From: an uncultured virus (IMG/VR IMGVR_UViG_3300038461_000154)
Taxonomy: Duplodnaviria > Heunggongvirae > Uroviricota > Caudoviricetes
DNA: 20,000 nt
Reading direction: 5' to 3' (one strand)
IMG/VR virus record: IMGVR_UViG_3300038461_000154
Shown: piece after piece, positions 1-7,487 of the stretch
How the letters are laid out: each line of letters starts with the position of its first letter
Position numbering within the stretch: position 1 is the first letter of the stretch
Made by a program: the position numbers and the translations under genes
The notes under the pieces: generated by a model
What the model was told of the DNA's origin: nothing
Seen by the model: the letters and a program-made list of their open reading frames with translations, nothing else
Databases searched by the model: none

Positions 1-37
1 ACAAAGGATTTGGGTGTAGCCTTCGTAAGACATATGG

Positions 38-421
38 CTATCTCCTTTTTGGCGGATTACTAAATTTCTTGTCGTGCTTTTCTATCGCGTCCTCAATTCT
101 TGCTACTTCAAGTTTATCATAGTAGCTCAAAAGTTCCCCGGTAACCTTCAGCTTGAATTCTACACCAAGACCAAACATAATATCGGCAAAATCCCTCATG
201 GAAATGTCGTGGGCCTTGTCTGCCAAAAAGTCAGTGATGAACTTCTTACTCTTGCCGCTTTTATTCACCACTTCATCAAGAGTAATCTTCTTTTGCTCCA
301 TCAACATAACAATGGCTTCGGTACACTCGCACAAAGAGCATTCCTGATGGTACACACGTCGCTGTTGGACATTTTTGAACAGCTTGTCAAACAGAGTTTC
401 GTCTTTCTTGATTTTACCCAT
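38..421 (-). CDS. XRE-like helix-turn-helix transcriptional regulator
   Basis: Segment EAIVMLMEQKKITLDEVVNKSGKSKKFITDFL...ISMRDFADIMFGLGVEF has the XRE HTH pattern. Start moved to ATG 421 because AAGGAGG lies just upstream. Confidence 0.6.
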   Translation of the reverse strand: MGKIKKDETLFDKLFKNVQQRRVYHQECSLCECTEAIVMLMEQKKITLDEVVNKSGKSKKFITDFLADKAHDISMRDFADIMFGLGVEFKLKVTGELLSYYDKLEVARIEDAIEKHDKKFSNPPKRR

Positions 422-479
422 TCTCAAATTCCTCCTTATTAACTGTATCGTTACATCGTACACAAGACTTGAGCCTTTT

Positions 480-1220
480 TCAATCATTTTTCTGCAAATT
501 CATCGGAACCTGAATAGTAATCTTCAAGTCATTCCCGTCTGTATCTGAGTGATGATAAATCTCTTCAAGAATATCGGCAGCGGCTATTTCATCACCCTTC
601 TTTGCCTTTTCAAGCCGCCCCACCAAACGTTTCATCCCTTTGTAATACTTCGTGTTCCTCTCAAAATCTTCCTTTGATTCTTCTTGCATCCTTTCAATTT
701 GTTCTCTGGCGTATTTAGGTATCTTTGCCAATTCTTCTTTAGGCAGAGTCCAAGCCGGTTCTGGCTCTTCCGGGTCTTCAATCCAAATAAGACCTTCCTC
801 AATATCTTGGAAAATCTGCAATGCAATTTTACCCATATCTTCATGCTTATTGACAAGATAAAATGTTGTGCCGTATTCACTCTTTACGCCGATAACCTTT
901 GGCAAACGATAATAACCATCTTGCAGCCGCGCAAGCAGGTTATCGGCCAAGTCCCTATAGGCAAAGTCCATCAAAATCAAGTTGGGAGCTTTTGGCTTAG
1001 GATTCTGTTCCTGATATTTTTTCTCAAACGATATGCTGTCTTCCCGCGAGATATCAGTCTTACCAAATTTCTTGTCGCGTGTTTTGTAGTATTCATCAAA
1101 CCACGTCATCCATTCAACATAGAAAGCATAGAGTTTTTGTTCAACTTCGTTTGAGGGCTTGAAACTCCTACTCTTTTCTATGACTTTTGCAATGTTTCTT
1201 GCCATGTTTTTAGTCCTCAC
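480..1220 (-). CDS. hypothetical phage protein
   Basis: 246-aa charged ORF that overlaps the upstream gene in operon fashion; no recognisable motif. Confidence 0.75.
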   Translation of the reverse strand: MRTKNMARNIAKVIEKSRSFKPSNEVEQKLYAFYVEWMTWFDEYYKTRDKKFGKTDISREDSISFEKKYQEQNPKPKAPNLILMDFAYRDLADNLLARLQDGYYRLPKVIGVKSEYGTTFYLVNKHEDMGKIALQIFQDIEEGLIWIEDPEEPEPAWTLPKEELAKIPKYAREQIERMQEESKEDFERNTKYYKGMKRLVGRLEKAKKGDEIAAADILEEIYHHSDTDGNDLKITIQVPMNLQKND

Positions 1221-1431
1221 ATTTCTGTGTATTAACCACCGCCAAAAAACCCTTTTCTGCTGCTGCTTGTAAACACTTCAAACACGTCACATCTTTCAAA
1301 TTTTCTGACAGTATGGGAGCCATTTCACCACACAACGCGGTAGCATCAAAAGACATTTGCTTTGGACGCTTGAAGTAATGCGTCTTCAGCTTCGCTATAC
1401 GCGCATGGTCAAGTGGTTTATATATCTCCAC
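1210..1431 (-). CDS. small Cys/His zinc-binding hypothetical protein
   Basis: H...LCG...VTCLKC motif; overlaps both neighbours. Confidence 0.6.
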   Translation of the reverse strand: MEIYKPLDHARIAKLKTHYFKRPKQMSFDATALCGEMAPILSENLKDVTCLKCLQAAAEKGFLAVVNTQKCED

Positions 1432-1783
1432 GGCTCTTTTGCCTTTCTCCTAACTCCTTGCTTTTCTGACAGGCCAATTCAAACGAAGAACCTATCGCCT
1501 TGTATATATCGTTAGGATGATAACCTTCTTTAAACAATTTTTCACCAGAATAATGCCACTCTTCTGCTAGTTCATGACATTTCTTACAAAGTGTTGCACC
1601 GTTTTCCTTTACAGAACCACCAGCCATAATTGAGCGGTCCATGATGTGATGCGCGTCAAGTTCTTCTTTGGCTTTTTCTGGTGACGAAACGAAACCACAC
1701 TTCACGCAACGGTATTTATCACGACTGAAAACAGCGTATCTAAAGTTGTTTCTGATTTGTTTTTTCGTCTTAGAGATATCCAT
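1418..1783 (-). CDS. HNH endonuclease
   Basis: RDKYRCVKCG...LDAHHI...ENGATLCKKCH is a classic zinc-binding HNH signature. Confidence 0.9.
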   Translation of the reverse strand: MDISKTKKQIRNNFRYAVFSRDKYRCVKCGFVSSPEKAKEELDAHHIMDRSIMAGGSVKENGATLCKKCHELAEEWHYSGEKLFKEGYHPNDIYKAIGSSFELACQKSKELGERQKSRGDI

Positions 1784-2084
1784 GTTCTTTACCCCACTTC
1801 AACCAATCTTCCCGAATGTCTCCATACTTACCAGCGTGTTCCTTTAGTATGGGTTGGGCACCAGTGATGGCTGTCAATGCAGGACTCCACCAACCGCTTT
1901 GGTAATGTTCTTGCCACTCTTTCAGGATTATCGGCACCATACGCGGGCCTAGTGCGATAATCATTTGATAGGCCGGATGCTTTATCATGGCCTTATGAGA
2001 AGCACAGAGAATCACTTTTCTATCGGTTGCCCATAGACGATGTAGCTTCTTGAATAGCCTTTGTAACTCTGCATCATTTTGCAT
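1770..2084 (-). CDS. conserved-looking hypothetical protein (helical)
   Basis: HPAYQMIIALG..VPIIL...W..AL.AITG..P...WL.WG pattern that I recall from bacterial hypothetical proteins; operon context. Confidence 0.65.
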   Translation of the reverse strand: MQNDAELQRLFKKLHRLWATDRKVILCASHKAMIKHPAYQMIIALGPRMVPIILKEWQEHYQSGWWSPALTAITGAQPILKEHAGKYGDIREDWLKWGKEHGYL

Positions 2085-2086
2085 TC

Positions 2087-2251
2087 TTAAAAATCCAAGT
2101 CACACTTTTCCTCTAAACCACTAGGCGGCTGGACTATGTTTTGCTCTTGCATTATCATCCAATCGTAATCATGAAGCGCCGGTTCATGCATTACCCTAAC
2201 GGAATAACAGCCAGTCAAAAACGGAAGTAGAAAAAAAATCAAACTTCTCAT
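2087..2251 (-). CDS. small lipoprotein, 54 aa (absent from ORF track)
   Basis: Manual translation MRSLIFFLLPFLTGCYSVRVMHEPALHDYDWMIMQEQNIVQPPSGLEEKCDLDF*. It has an LTGC lipobox, an ATGA overlap with the upstream stop, and fills the gap exactly. Confidence 0.7.
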   Translation of the reverse strand: MRSLIFFLLPFLTGCYSVRVMHEPALHDYDWMIMQEQNIVQPPSGLEEKCDLDF

Positions 2252-2856
2252 ATTGCGGTTGCCTCACTTTCAATTTTCTCTTCAACCAACCGGAAACCAG
2301 TAACCTTGATTTTTGAAATGGCTGCGAACTTCTTGGCACGCTCTTTCATGAAGTCTATCTCTTTATCTGTCGGCTTTCGAGAACAGAAAATAGCCACAGA
2401 CAGGTAAGCGGGCCATTTATGAACCTTTTTCAACTTCATGGCATCGTTGATTTTTTTCTCATACCGTTTGATTTCACTCTTCTTATCGGCTTCACTCCAA
2501 TAAGAACGCTTTGCTTGCTTTATGTATCCACCAGTAATCTCTTTCGCTGCTTTGCGGTAATCTACTAATGCTTCGGCTTCTTGACCATCCTTAAAATGCC
2601 CGCCGTCACCGTGATTAAACCATCCCGGTGTTGGATAAATATTGACTGGCCGCATACAAGGGCAGTCATCACTACCATCAACACGGTTTTCTATAAAATC
2701 AAGAGGCTGTTTATGAGTTTCTTTCTTGTATTGCACCGCTTCTTCTTGCCCTACACCACATTCACCAATTTGACCAGTAATATAAGCGCACATCTGCCGC
2801 TCAAAGTTTCCAGCGTATTGTTCAGTATCAATGACAAACATATAATTTTTACTCAC
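2248..2856 (-). CDS. hypothetical phage protein
   Basis: FVIDTEQYAGNFERQMCAYITG motif. Start probably GTG 2856, after AAAGGAG. Confidence 0.8.
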   Translation of the reverse strand: MSKNYMFVIDTEQYAGNFERQMCAYITGQIGECGVGQEEAVQYKKETHKQPLDFIENRVDGSDDCPCMRPVNIYPTPGWFNHGDGGHFKDGQEAEALVDYRKAAKEITGGYIKQAKRSYWSEADKKSEIKRYEKKINDAMKLKKVHKWPAYLSVAIFCSRKPTDKEIDFMKERAKKFAAISKIKVTGFRLVEEKIESEATAI

Positions 2857-3229
2857 GTTTTGCTCCTTTTTCGTGTAACCACTCACAAATTAAAGGAACG
2901 AACTTAGCGTCAGGCAATGTCCCAAAAAACTCCCAACCGGAACCTTTGCCCGTTGTCTTTCCATCACTGTACAGAACGAAATCAAGCACTTTGTCATCAA
3001 GTGTAGCCCTAAAACAATAACATCTGTACAAGAACTCTCCACTGAAAGACCAATCCGACTTACCCCACAACTTTCTGCAAACATCATGGTGTAAATCATA
3101 CATGTTTTGGTAATCCAACAAATGCAGACAATCCATATGAGCACTATGATTAAGCCAATGAAAGCTGTTTTCATCTTTATGAAGTTTGCGGCCATTTTGT
3201 AACCGTTCTATTTTGAAAGCCATAATCAA
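2849..3229 (-). CDS. hypothetical protein
   Basis: 126-aa ORF coupled to both neighbours (ATGA overlap at 3226-3229). Confidence 0.7.
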   Translation of the reverse strand: MIMAFKIERLQNGRKLHKDENSFHWLNHSAHMDCLHLLDYQNMYDLHHDVCRKLWGKSDWSFSGEFLYRCYCFRATLDDKVLDFVLYSDGKTTGKGSGWEFFGTLPDAKFVPLICEWLHEKGAKRE

Positions 3230-3483
3230 ACTCCCATAGAAGGCGCTACAATGATGATGAAAGATTCGTCGCTAGTAACTGTGTTGATATCCTGAATCAC
3301 GTCTGTCACTCTAAAGTAGTGAAGGAACACATCACCACATTCCTTTGCCATGCTATCTCTGGCGTGCTTCAAACGCAAGACAATTGTGGTTCCAATCTGT
3401 GGTATGGCTTTGACTTCAATACTAGAAGCAAAGACTTCCACACTACTTTTCCCACACTCTTTTTCAGCAAATGCAACCCACAT
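3226..3483 (-). CDS. hypothetical protein
   Basis: AAAGGAG precedes ATG 3483; operon packing. Confidence 0.6.
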   Translation of the reverse strand: MWVAFAEKECGKSSVEVFASSIEVKAIPQIGTTIVLRLKHARDSMAKECGDVFLHYFRVTDVIQDINTVTSDESFIIIVAPSMGV

Positions 3484-3877
3484 CGCAAGCTCCTTTATCA
3501 AAAAGCTGTTGGACTTTGCCTTCCGAAATTACAAACATCGGCAACTTTAACAACTTAGCATCCCATTCAATGTGTTTACCATCACGAAAAGGTACATTGA
3601 TTTTGCCATCATTCTCCATTTGCGTTGCACAGGGGCCGGTACATTTAGTCCAACCAAACGGCGCTTTTAGATATGTTTCTTTGTTCTCTTCCAAACGAAT
3701 ATCACCTTTGGAGAGTGGCACGTTTAAGTAATAATAGCATCGCCAAACAAAGTTCGTAACTTCTTTCCCAAGAAAATTGATAAGAGGTTCCTTCCGTCTT
3801 TCCTTGCCTTCAAAGCTCCACTCTAAAATCAAACAAGGAATTTTGTGTACCTTTTTAACCGTCAATGCTTTCTTCAT
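3464..3877 (-). CDS. hypothetical protein
   Basis: 137-aa ORF with AAAAGGA ribosome-binding site; first gene after an intergenic gap. Confidence 0.7.
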   Translation of the reverse strand: MKKALTVKKVHKIPCLILEWSFEGKERRKEPLINFLGKEVTNFVWRCYYYLNVPLSKGDIRLEENKETYLKAPFGWTKCTGPCATQMENDGKINVPFRDGKHIEWDAKLLKLPMFVISEGKVQQLFDKGACDVGCIC

Positions 3878-3960
3878 CGCAGCATCCTTTTATCCAATCA
3901 CCGCTCATTGTATCGTAATAATAGCGGGAGATTCTTATAATATAGAAAGGAATTTGTATT

Positions 3961-4218
3961 TTAGGTAGATTTTAAGTTTACAGCATGTTCCACATCATAA
4001 GGGCAGCATTCAGGCGGATTTCTGTAGCGGCTTGTATATTCATCTCTCATATTATCATCAAAGAGCGTTTTTGTCATAACCCAAATATTGTAACACTCTT
4101 GAATCTTCTTAGCTTTATAAATACACCATATTGTGCCTTGTTTATCCCATTTATGTTGGTCTATGGTAAGGCCATTTATCTCATAGCATTTCTTACAAAC
4201 TATAAGGGAAAGAGGCAT
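3961..4218 (-). CDS. CxxC...C...CPYxxEH paralogue family protein
   Basis: IVCKKC...IWC...PPECCPYDVEHAV. Confidence 0.75.
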   Translation of the reverse strand: MPLSLIVCKKCYEINGLTIDQHKWDKQGTIWCIYKAKKIQECYNIWVMTKTLFDDNMRDEYTSRYRNPPECCPYDVEHAVNLKST

Positions 4219-4533
4219 TTAATCACACCCTTGGTTAACGAGTTGTTCCAAAGGATATTGGCAATGCTTTGGTATTTCTACTTGACGAATGTTTTTTGGC
4301 ATCCATCTTGTTTCATTGTGTATTATCTTCGTATCAAGAACTTTTCTTCCAAAGTTCTGATACGGGCATGGCACAAAGTGTGGGAAAATAGCAATCTCAA
4401 GCCATTCATCCAATTCGGTGTCAAATCTTTTTGCTGCATTCTGATGCCACTGATACCACGCAGACGACTTACAATGTTCGCGGATACACTTTTTACAAAT
4501 AGGAATGTTAAACTTAAATGGTTGCTTTAGCAT
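4219..4533 (-). CDS. CxxC...C...CxYxxEQ paralogue family protein
   Basis: PICKKC...VPCPY...IPKHCQYPLEQLV. Confidence 0.75.
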   Translation of the reverse strand: MLKQPFKFNIPICKKCIREHCKSSAWYQWHQNAAKRFDTELDEWLEIAIFPHFVPCPYQNFGRKVLDTKIIHNETRWMPKNIRQVEIPKHCQYPLEQLVNQGCD

Positions 4534-4931
4534 TCTTGATGCACCAACTGTTCTAACATATACTCACAATGAACCGGAATTGAATCTCCATCTATTTGCC
4601 GTTGTGACATTGATGACACACTCACCCTATGCCAAGCGTCTAGCTCGTATTCTACCAAACTACCAAATGTAATGTACGGACAAGGATAAACACTTTTTTC
4701 CCACCATCGCTGTAACCAAATCTCAAAAGTGCAGTTAGAATTGAACTGCAACTTGATGGTTTCTTTTCTGTCGGTTGGAAAACGAGAGCCATAATCTGTC
4801 AAACAAGGATTAATTAAATAAGGATTATTTGGGCTAAGAGAAAACCAACCTTTCATAGATAAGGTATCACTTGCCAACTTCTGGCTTAAATGTTCATGCA
4901 AACATTTTTTACAAATTACAAGATTTATCAT
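4527..4931 (-). CDS. CxxC...C...CxYxxEQ paralogue family protein
   Basis: VICKKC...YPCPY...IPVHCEYMLEQLV. Confidence 0.75.
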   Translation of the reverse strand: MINLVICKKCLHEHLSQKLASDTLSMKGWFSLSPNNPYLINPCLTDYGSRFPTDRKETIKLQFNSNCTFEIWLQRWWEKSVYPCPYITFGSLVEYELDAWHRVSVSSMSQRQIDGDSIPVHCEYMLEQLVHQEC

Positions 4932-5122
4932 ACTTGAAACATTTTCATATCTTGAGGATAGAGCAAGCCGTTTTCAACGCCAAACTGTGTAAGTGTTTTG
5001 ATTTGTATGGCCAAATCCTTTTCTTCTTCGGTTTGACTTATTCTCCTTTTTTTCTCTAACTGATTCAGGGAAACAATTAGCCTTGCTCTGACTTGCCCCA
5101 TTGATTCAGTAGTTGCAGTCAT
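4928..5122 (-). CDS. small helical hypothetical protein
   Basis: AAGGAG upstream of the ATG; ATGA overlap with the next gene; lies directly downstream of array block B. Confidence 0.65.
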   Translation of the reverse strand: MTATTESMGQVRARLIVSLNQLEKKRRISQTEEEKDLAIQIKTLTQFGVENGLLYPQDMKMFQV

Positions 5123-5164
5123 CTCTTGAACATTCTCCTTATCTATGCAGCACCTTAAAACAAA

Positions 5165-5422
5165 CAGCCCCTTCCCCTGCCTTCCAATGCGTTACTTTCC
5201 AGTGCTTTCCAGTGCTGTTCCCTTCCGCTCCCATTCACTTCAATGGGGAACTACGAATCTGGAAAAATGGCCTTTCCTCTCCGATAGCGTCCTTTCATAT
5301 CCATTGCTCTCCTCTACCTTGATTGCATTCAACAACAATTACAAATCTGAAAAGAGCCTTCCCTTTCGGTCCTGTGCATTGCTCTCATCTCCACTTCCAT
5401 AACATTGCTTTCCCTTACTTCC
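5165..5422 (-). repeat. pentamer (GNA-NN) array, block B: three tracts of about 12-15 units with two conserved linkers; putative guide ncRNA
   Basis: Minus strand, e.g. GCA-CT GGA-AA GCA-CT GGA-AA GTA-AC GCA-TT GGA-AG GCA-GG GGA-AG. Linkers GGCTCTTTTCAGATTTGTAATT (5358-5337) and GGCCATTTTTCCAGATTCGTAGTT (5272-5249). Confidence 0.9.
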
Positions 5423-5469
5423 ATTTTATACAGAAACAACCAATAGTTATGAAGACTTTTCGGTATAAT
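5423..5469. promoter_or_regulatory. divergent sigma70-like promoters, one for array block B (-) and one for the methyltransferase (+)
   Basis: Minus strand: TTCATA-17 nt-TATAAA (5430-5425) just before the first pentamer. Plus strand: TATAAT at 5464-5469, 5 nt before ATG 5475, with no Shine-Dalgarno, suggesting a leaderless mRNA. Confidence 0.5.
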
Positions 5470-5474
5470 CTTGT

Positions 5475-6236
5475 ATGGACTTGACACCGTTCCTAGACAA
5501 AATCATCTGTGCCGATTGTAAAACAGTCTTGCCTGATATCCCAAGCGAGTCAGTAGATTTGACTGTGATTGACCCGCCTTATTTCGGCGTCACTAAAGAA
5601 GAATGGGATGTAGAGGCTTTAGACGAAAATCTTGTCAAAGAACTGCATCGTATCCTTAAACCCACCGGCAACATTTACATTTGGTGCGGCATTGGTGAAA
5701 AATCCCAAAGTCTCATACGATGGTTTCCATTGTTCTCTAAATTGTTTCACTTCAAAGACTTAATCACATGGAAGAAAAATCGCGGTATAGGAATGCGGAA
5801 AGGCTGGCTCTATACGCGAGAAGAGTGTATGTGGTTTGTCAAAGACAACAGCCAATTCGTCTGGAATGTTGCGGAACAATACAGTACCGAAAAGCGGCCT
5901 TGGAACGTCTATAAAAAAGGCGGGGCAATGGTCAACAAATCTGAATTTAAACGTTTTACAAATGTGTGGACAGATATCAACGAAGTTGGCTTTGGCACCT
6001 GTCCTAAAAAATATCATCAAGAACGTTGGAAGTTTAACCACTTCACACCAAAACCAGTTGAAGCCATAGAACGCATCATAAAACTGCATACAAAAGAAGG
6101 CGATGTGGTACTTGATTGTTTTTTGGGAAGTGGAACAACAACAGTAGCGGCTAAGACTTTAAACCGCCACTACATTGGTATCGAAAAAAATCCTGAATAC
6201 TGCAAAATAGCTCAACAAAGAACTGAAGAAAGTTAA
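5475..6236 (+). CDS. DNA N6-adenine/N4-cytosine methyltransferase, beta class (N6_N4_Mtase)
   Basis: VIDPPY catalytic motif near the N-terminus; HFTPKP; VLDCFLGSGTT SAM-binding motif and YIGIE near the C-terminus. No cognate restriction enzyme adjacent. Confidence 0.95.
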   Translation: MDLTPFLDKIICADCKTVLPDIPSESVDLTVIDPPYFGVTKEEWDVEALDENLVKELHRILKPTGNIYIWCGIGEKSQSLIRWFPLFSKLFHFKDLITWKKNRGIGMRKGWLYTREECMWFVKDNSQFVWNVAEQYSTEKRPWNVYKKGGAMVNKSEFKRFTNVWTDINEVGFGTCPKKYHQERWKFNHFTPKPVEAIERIIKLHTKEGDVVLDCFLGSGTTTVAAKTLNRHYIGIEKNPEYCKIAQQRTEES

Positions 6237-6485
6237 CCCTTTCAATGCTCTACAATCCGCTCCTTTACATTGCTCTTCTCTTCAGTCCTCTCCGTTGTTG
6301 ACTACAAATCTGATTAAAAACCTTTTCCTTACAATCCACTCTGTTACTTTGCTTTGCTTTACGGTCCTCTCCTTTTATTGACTGCGAATCTGATAAATAG
6401 CCTCTTCCTTCCAATCCTTTACAGTCATATCCACTAGGCATCCGTTTCTTTCCATTTGTTTCCATTACCATCCACTGCAATCCTC
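6237..6485 (-). repeat. pentamer (GNA-NN) array, block A: three tracts of 16, 10 and 11 units with two conserved linkers; putative guide ncRNA
   Basis: Tracts 6483-6403, 6372-6323 and 6293-6239, e.g. GGA-GA GGA-CC GTA-AA GCA-AA GCA-AA GTA-AC AGA-GT GGA-TT GTA-AG GAA-AA. Linkers GGCTATTTATCAGATTCGCAGTC (6402-6380) and GGTTTTTAATCAGATTTGTAGTC (6322-6300). Confidence 0.92.
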
Positions 6486-6692
6486 TTATTTATTGCATGG
6501 AATGGGCTTTAATTTGGAAAGCCGTACAATTGAATCAAGTTGTTTCTTTACTTCTTTTGGAGATTTATAGACCATAGCAGAGCAGATTAAAATTCCGTTT
6601 CCATCACGCAAAGTAACGTTTTCAAGATTCCAAACACCATCAGGAACAACTGCCATTCCAACAACAAGACGGTTTAATTTTAGTGTTTCCAT
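6486..6692 (-). CDS. small hypothetical protein in the RAMP operon
   Basis: Strong GAGGAGG ribosome-binding site; its stop codon abuts the first pentamer tract. Confidence 0.7.
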   Translation of the reverse strand: METLKLNRLVVGMAVVPDGVWNLENVTLRDGNGILICSAMVYKSPKEVKKQLDSIVRLSKLKPIPCNK

Positions 6693-6703
6693 CTTACCTC
6701 CTC

Positions 6704-6967
6704 TTAACCTTGTGCGCCAGTGTTGCCAGTGCCTTGAATCTTGTATGGCTTTAAAAACACTCTCAAAAATTCCACGTCAAAATCAGCAATATCAACTAAA
6801 AGCATTTGTTCTTTGCTTAATGGAGTTGCACCACCGCTAAAACCAGTTCCATCATTGCGTGACCCTTGGTTGTACACCATGTGCCCTTTGTAAAAAACTT
6901 CTGTTTCCACGCAATTTGGATTGACCACAATACGAATTTCACCAAGATGTGGCTTGCGGGACTTCAT
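6704..6967 (-). CDS. small hypothetical protein in the RAMP operon
   Basis: Start overlaps the upstream gene's stop (6964-6967); 87 aa. Confidence 0.65.
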   Translation of the reverse strand: MKSRKPHLGEIRIVVNPNCVETEVFYKGHMVYNQGSRNDGTGFSGGATPLSKEQMLLVDIADFDVEFLRVFLKPYKIQGTGNTGAQG

Positions 6968-7461
6968 TTTTTATTTTCCAATTGCGGCTGATTATGTTTT
7001 CCAGAGAGTGCCAAAATGCCCATTGCTTGTCTGCGGATAGCTTTTTCCAAAGAAAATTGGCTCTCTGCTGTAAGATGATTCCGGTCAATCTCGCATGTTC
7101 TGGCGTGGTTGCCGATGTAGCGAGTGACGATTTTTGCTTCTCTGAACTCACGGTATTGTAACGCTTGTTCATCAGTCAAACAGCACAAATCGCCCCGGAT
7201 TACACGGCAAGTAAGAGGTTGGCTCCTATCGGCAAAATAAGACTCTACACGCTTGGCCAACAACATGGATTCAAACCTATATTCAGGTTGCTCCACTTGA
7301 AAACCAAACATCTTCTCCAAGTAGGATGCAGGAACAGTAGCACCCTTGTAGAGCTTATCAAATTCAATGGAATACTTCTGTAGCGACACTGGCACTACAG
7401 GGGTAATCGAAGTCTCTGTCTGTGTTCCAGTTACATTAATATCAACGTCTGGTTGACTCAC
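6964..7461 (-). CDS. candidate accessory protein of the RAMP/pentamer-array system
   Basis: Immediately downstream of the RAMP gene. AGGAGG precedes GTG 7461. LTCRVIRGDLCCLTDEQ segment is followed by long helices. Confidence 0.7.
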   Translation of the reverse strand: MSQPDVDINVTGTQTETSITPVVPVSLQKYSIEFDKLYKGATVPASYLEKMFGFQVEQPEYRFESMLLAKRVESYFADRSQPLTCRVIRGDLCCLTDEQALQYREFREAKIVTRYIGNHARTCEIDRNHLTAESQFSLEKAIRRQAMGILALSGKHNQPQLENKK

Positions 7462-7487
7462 ATCCACCTCCTGTTTATACCAAAACT

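Noticed and set aside
38..487. HigA-like antitoxin of a toxin-antitoxin pair
   Set aside because: No recognisable toxin gene upstream, and the downstream gene lies mostly outside the window.
5113..5402. Plus-strand ORFs 5113-5322 and 5145-5402
   Set aside because: Ser/Pro/Phe-rich shadow translations of the pyrimidine-rich strand of the pentamer array; no ribosome-binding site.
5475..6236. Complete restriction-modification system
   Set aside because: No adjacent endonuclease; orphan methyltransferases are common in phages.
6265..6480. 71-aa minus-strand ORF across array block A
   Set aside because: The 5-nt periodicity and linkers shared with non-coding block B explain the sequence better; the G/K/R-rich product looks like a repeat artefact.
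5165..6485. Canonical CRISPR array
   Set aside because: The linkers are degenerate and lack a strong palindrome, the 'spacers' are 50-80 nt and internally periodic, and no cas1, cas2 or cas6 is present.
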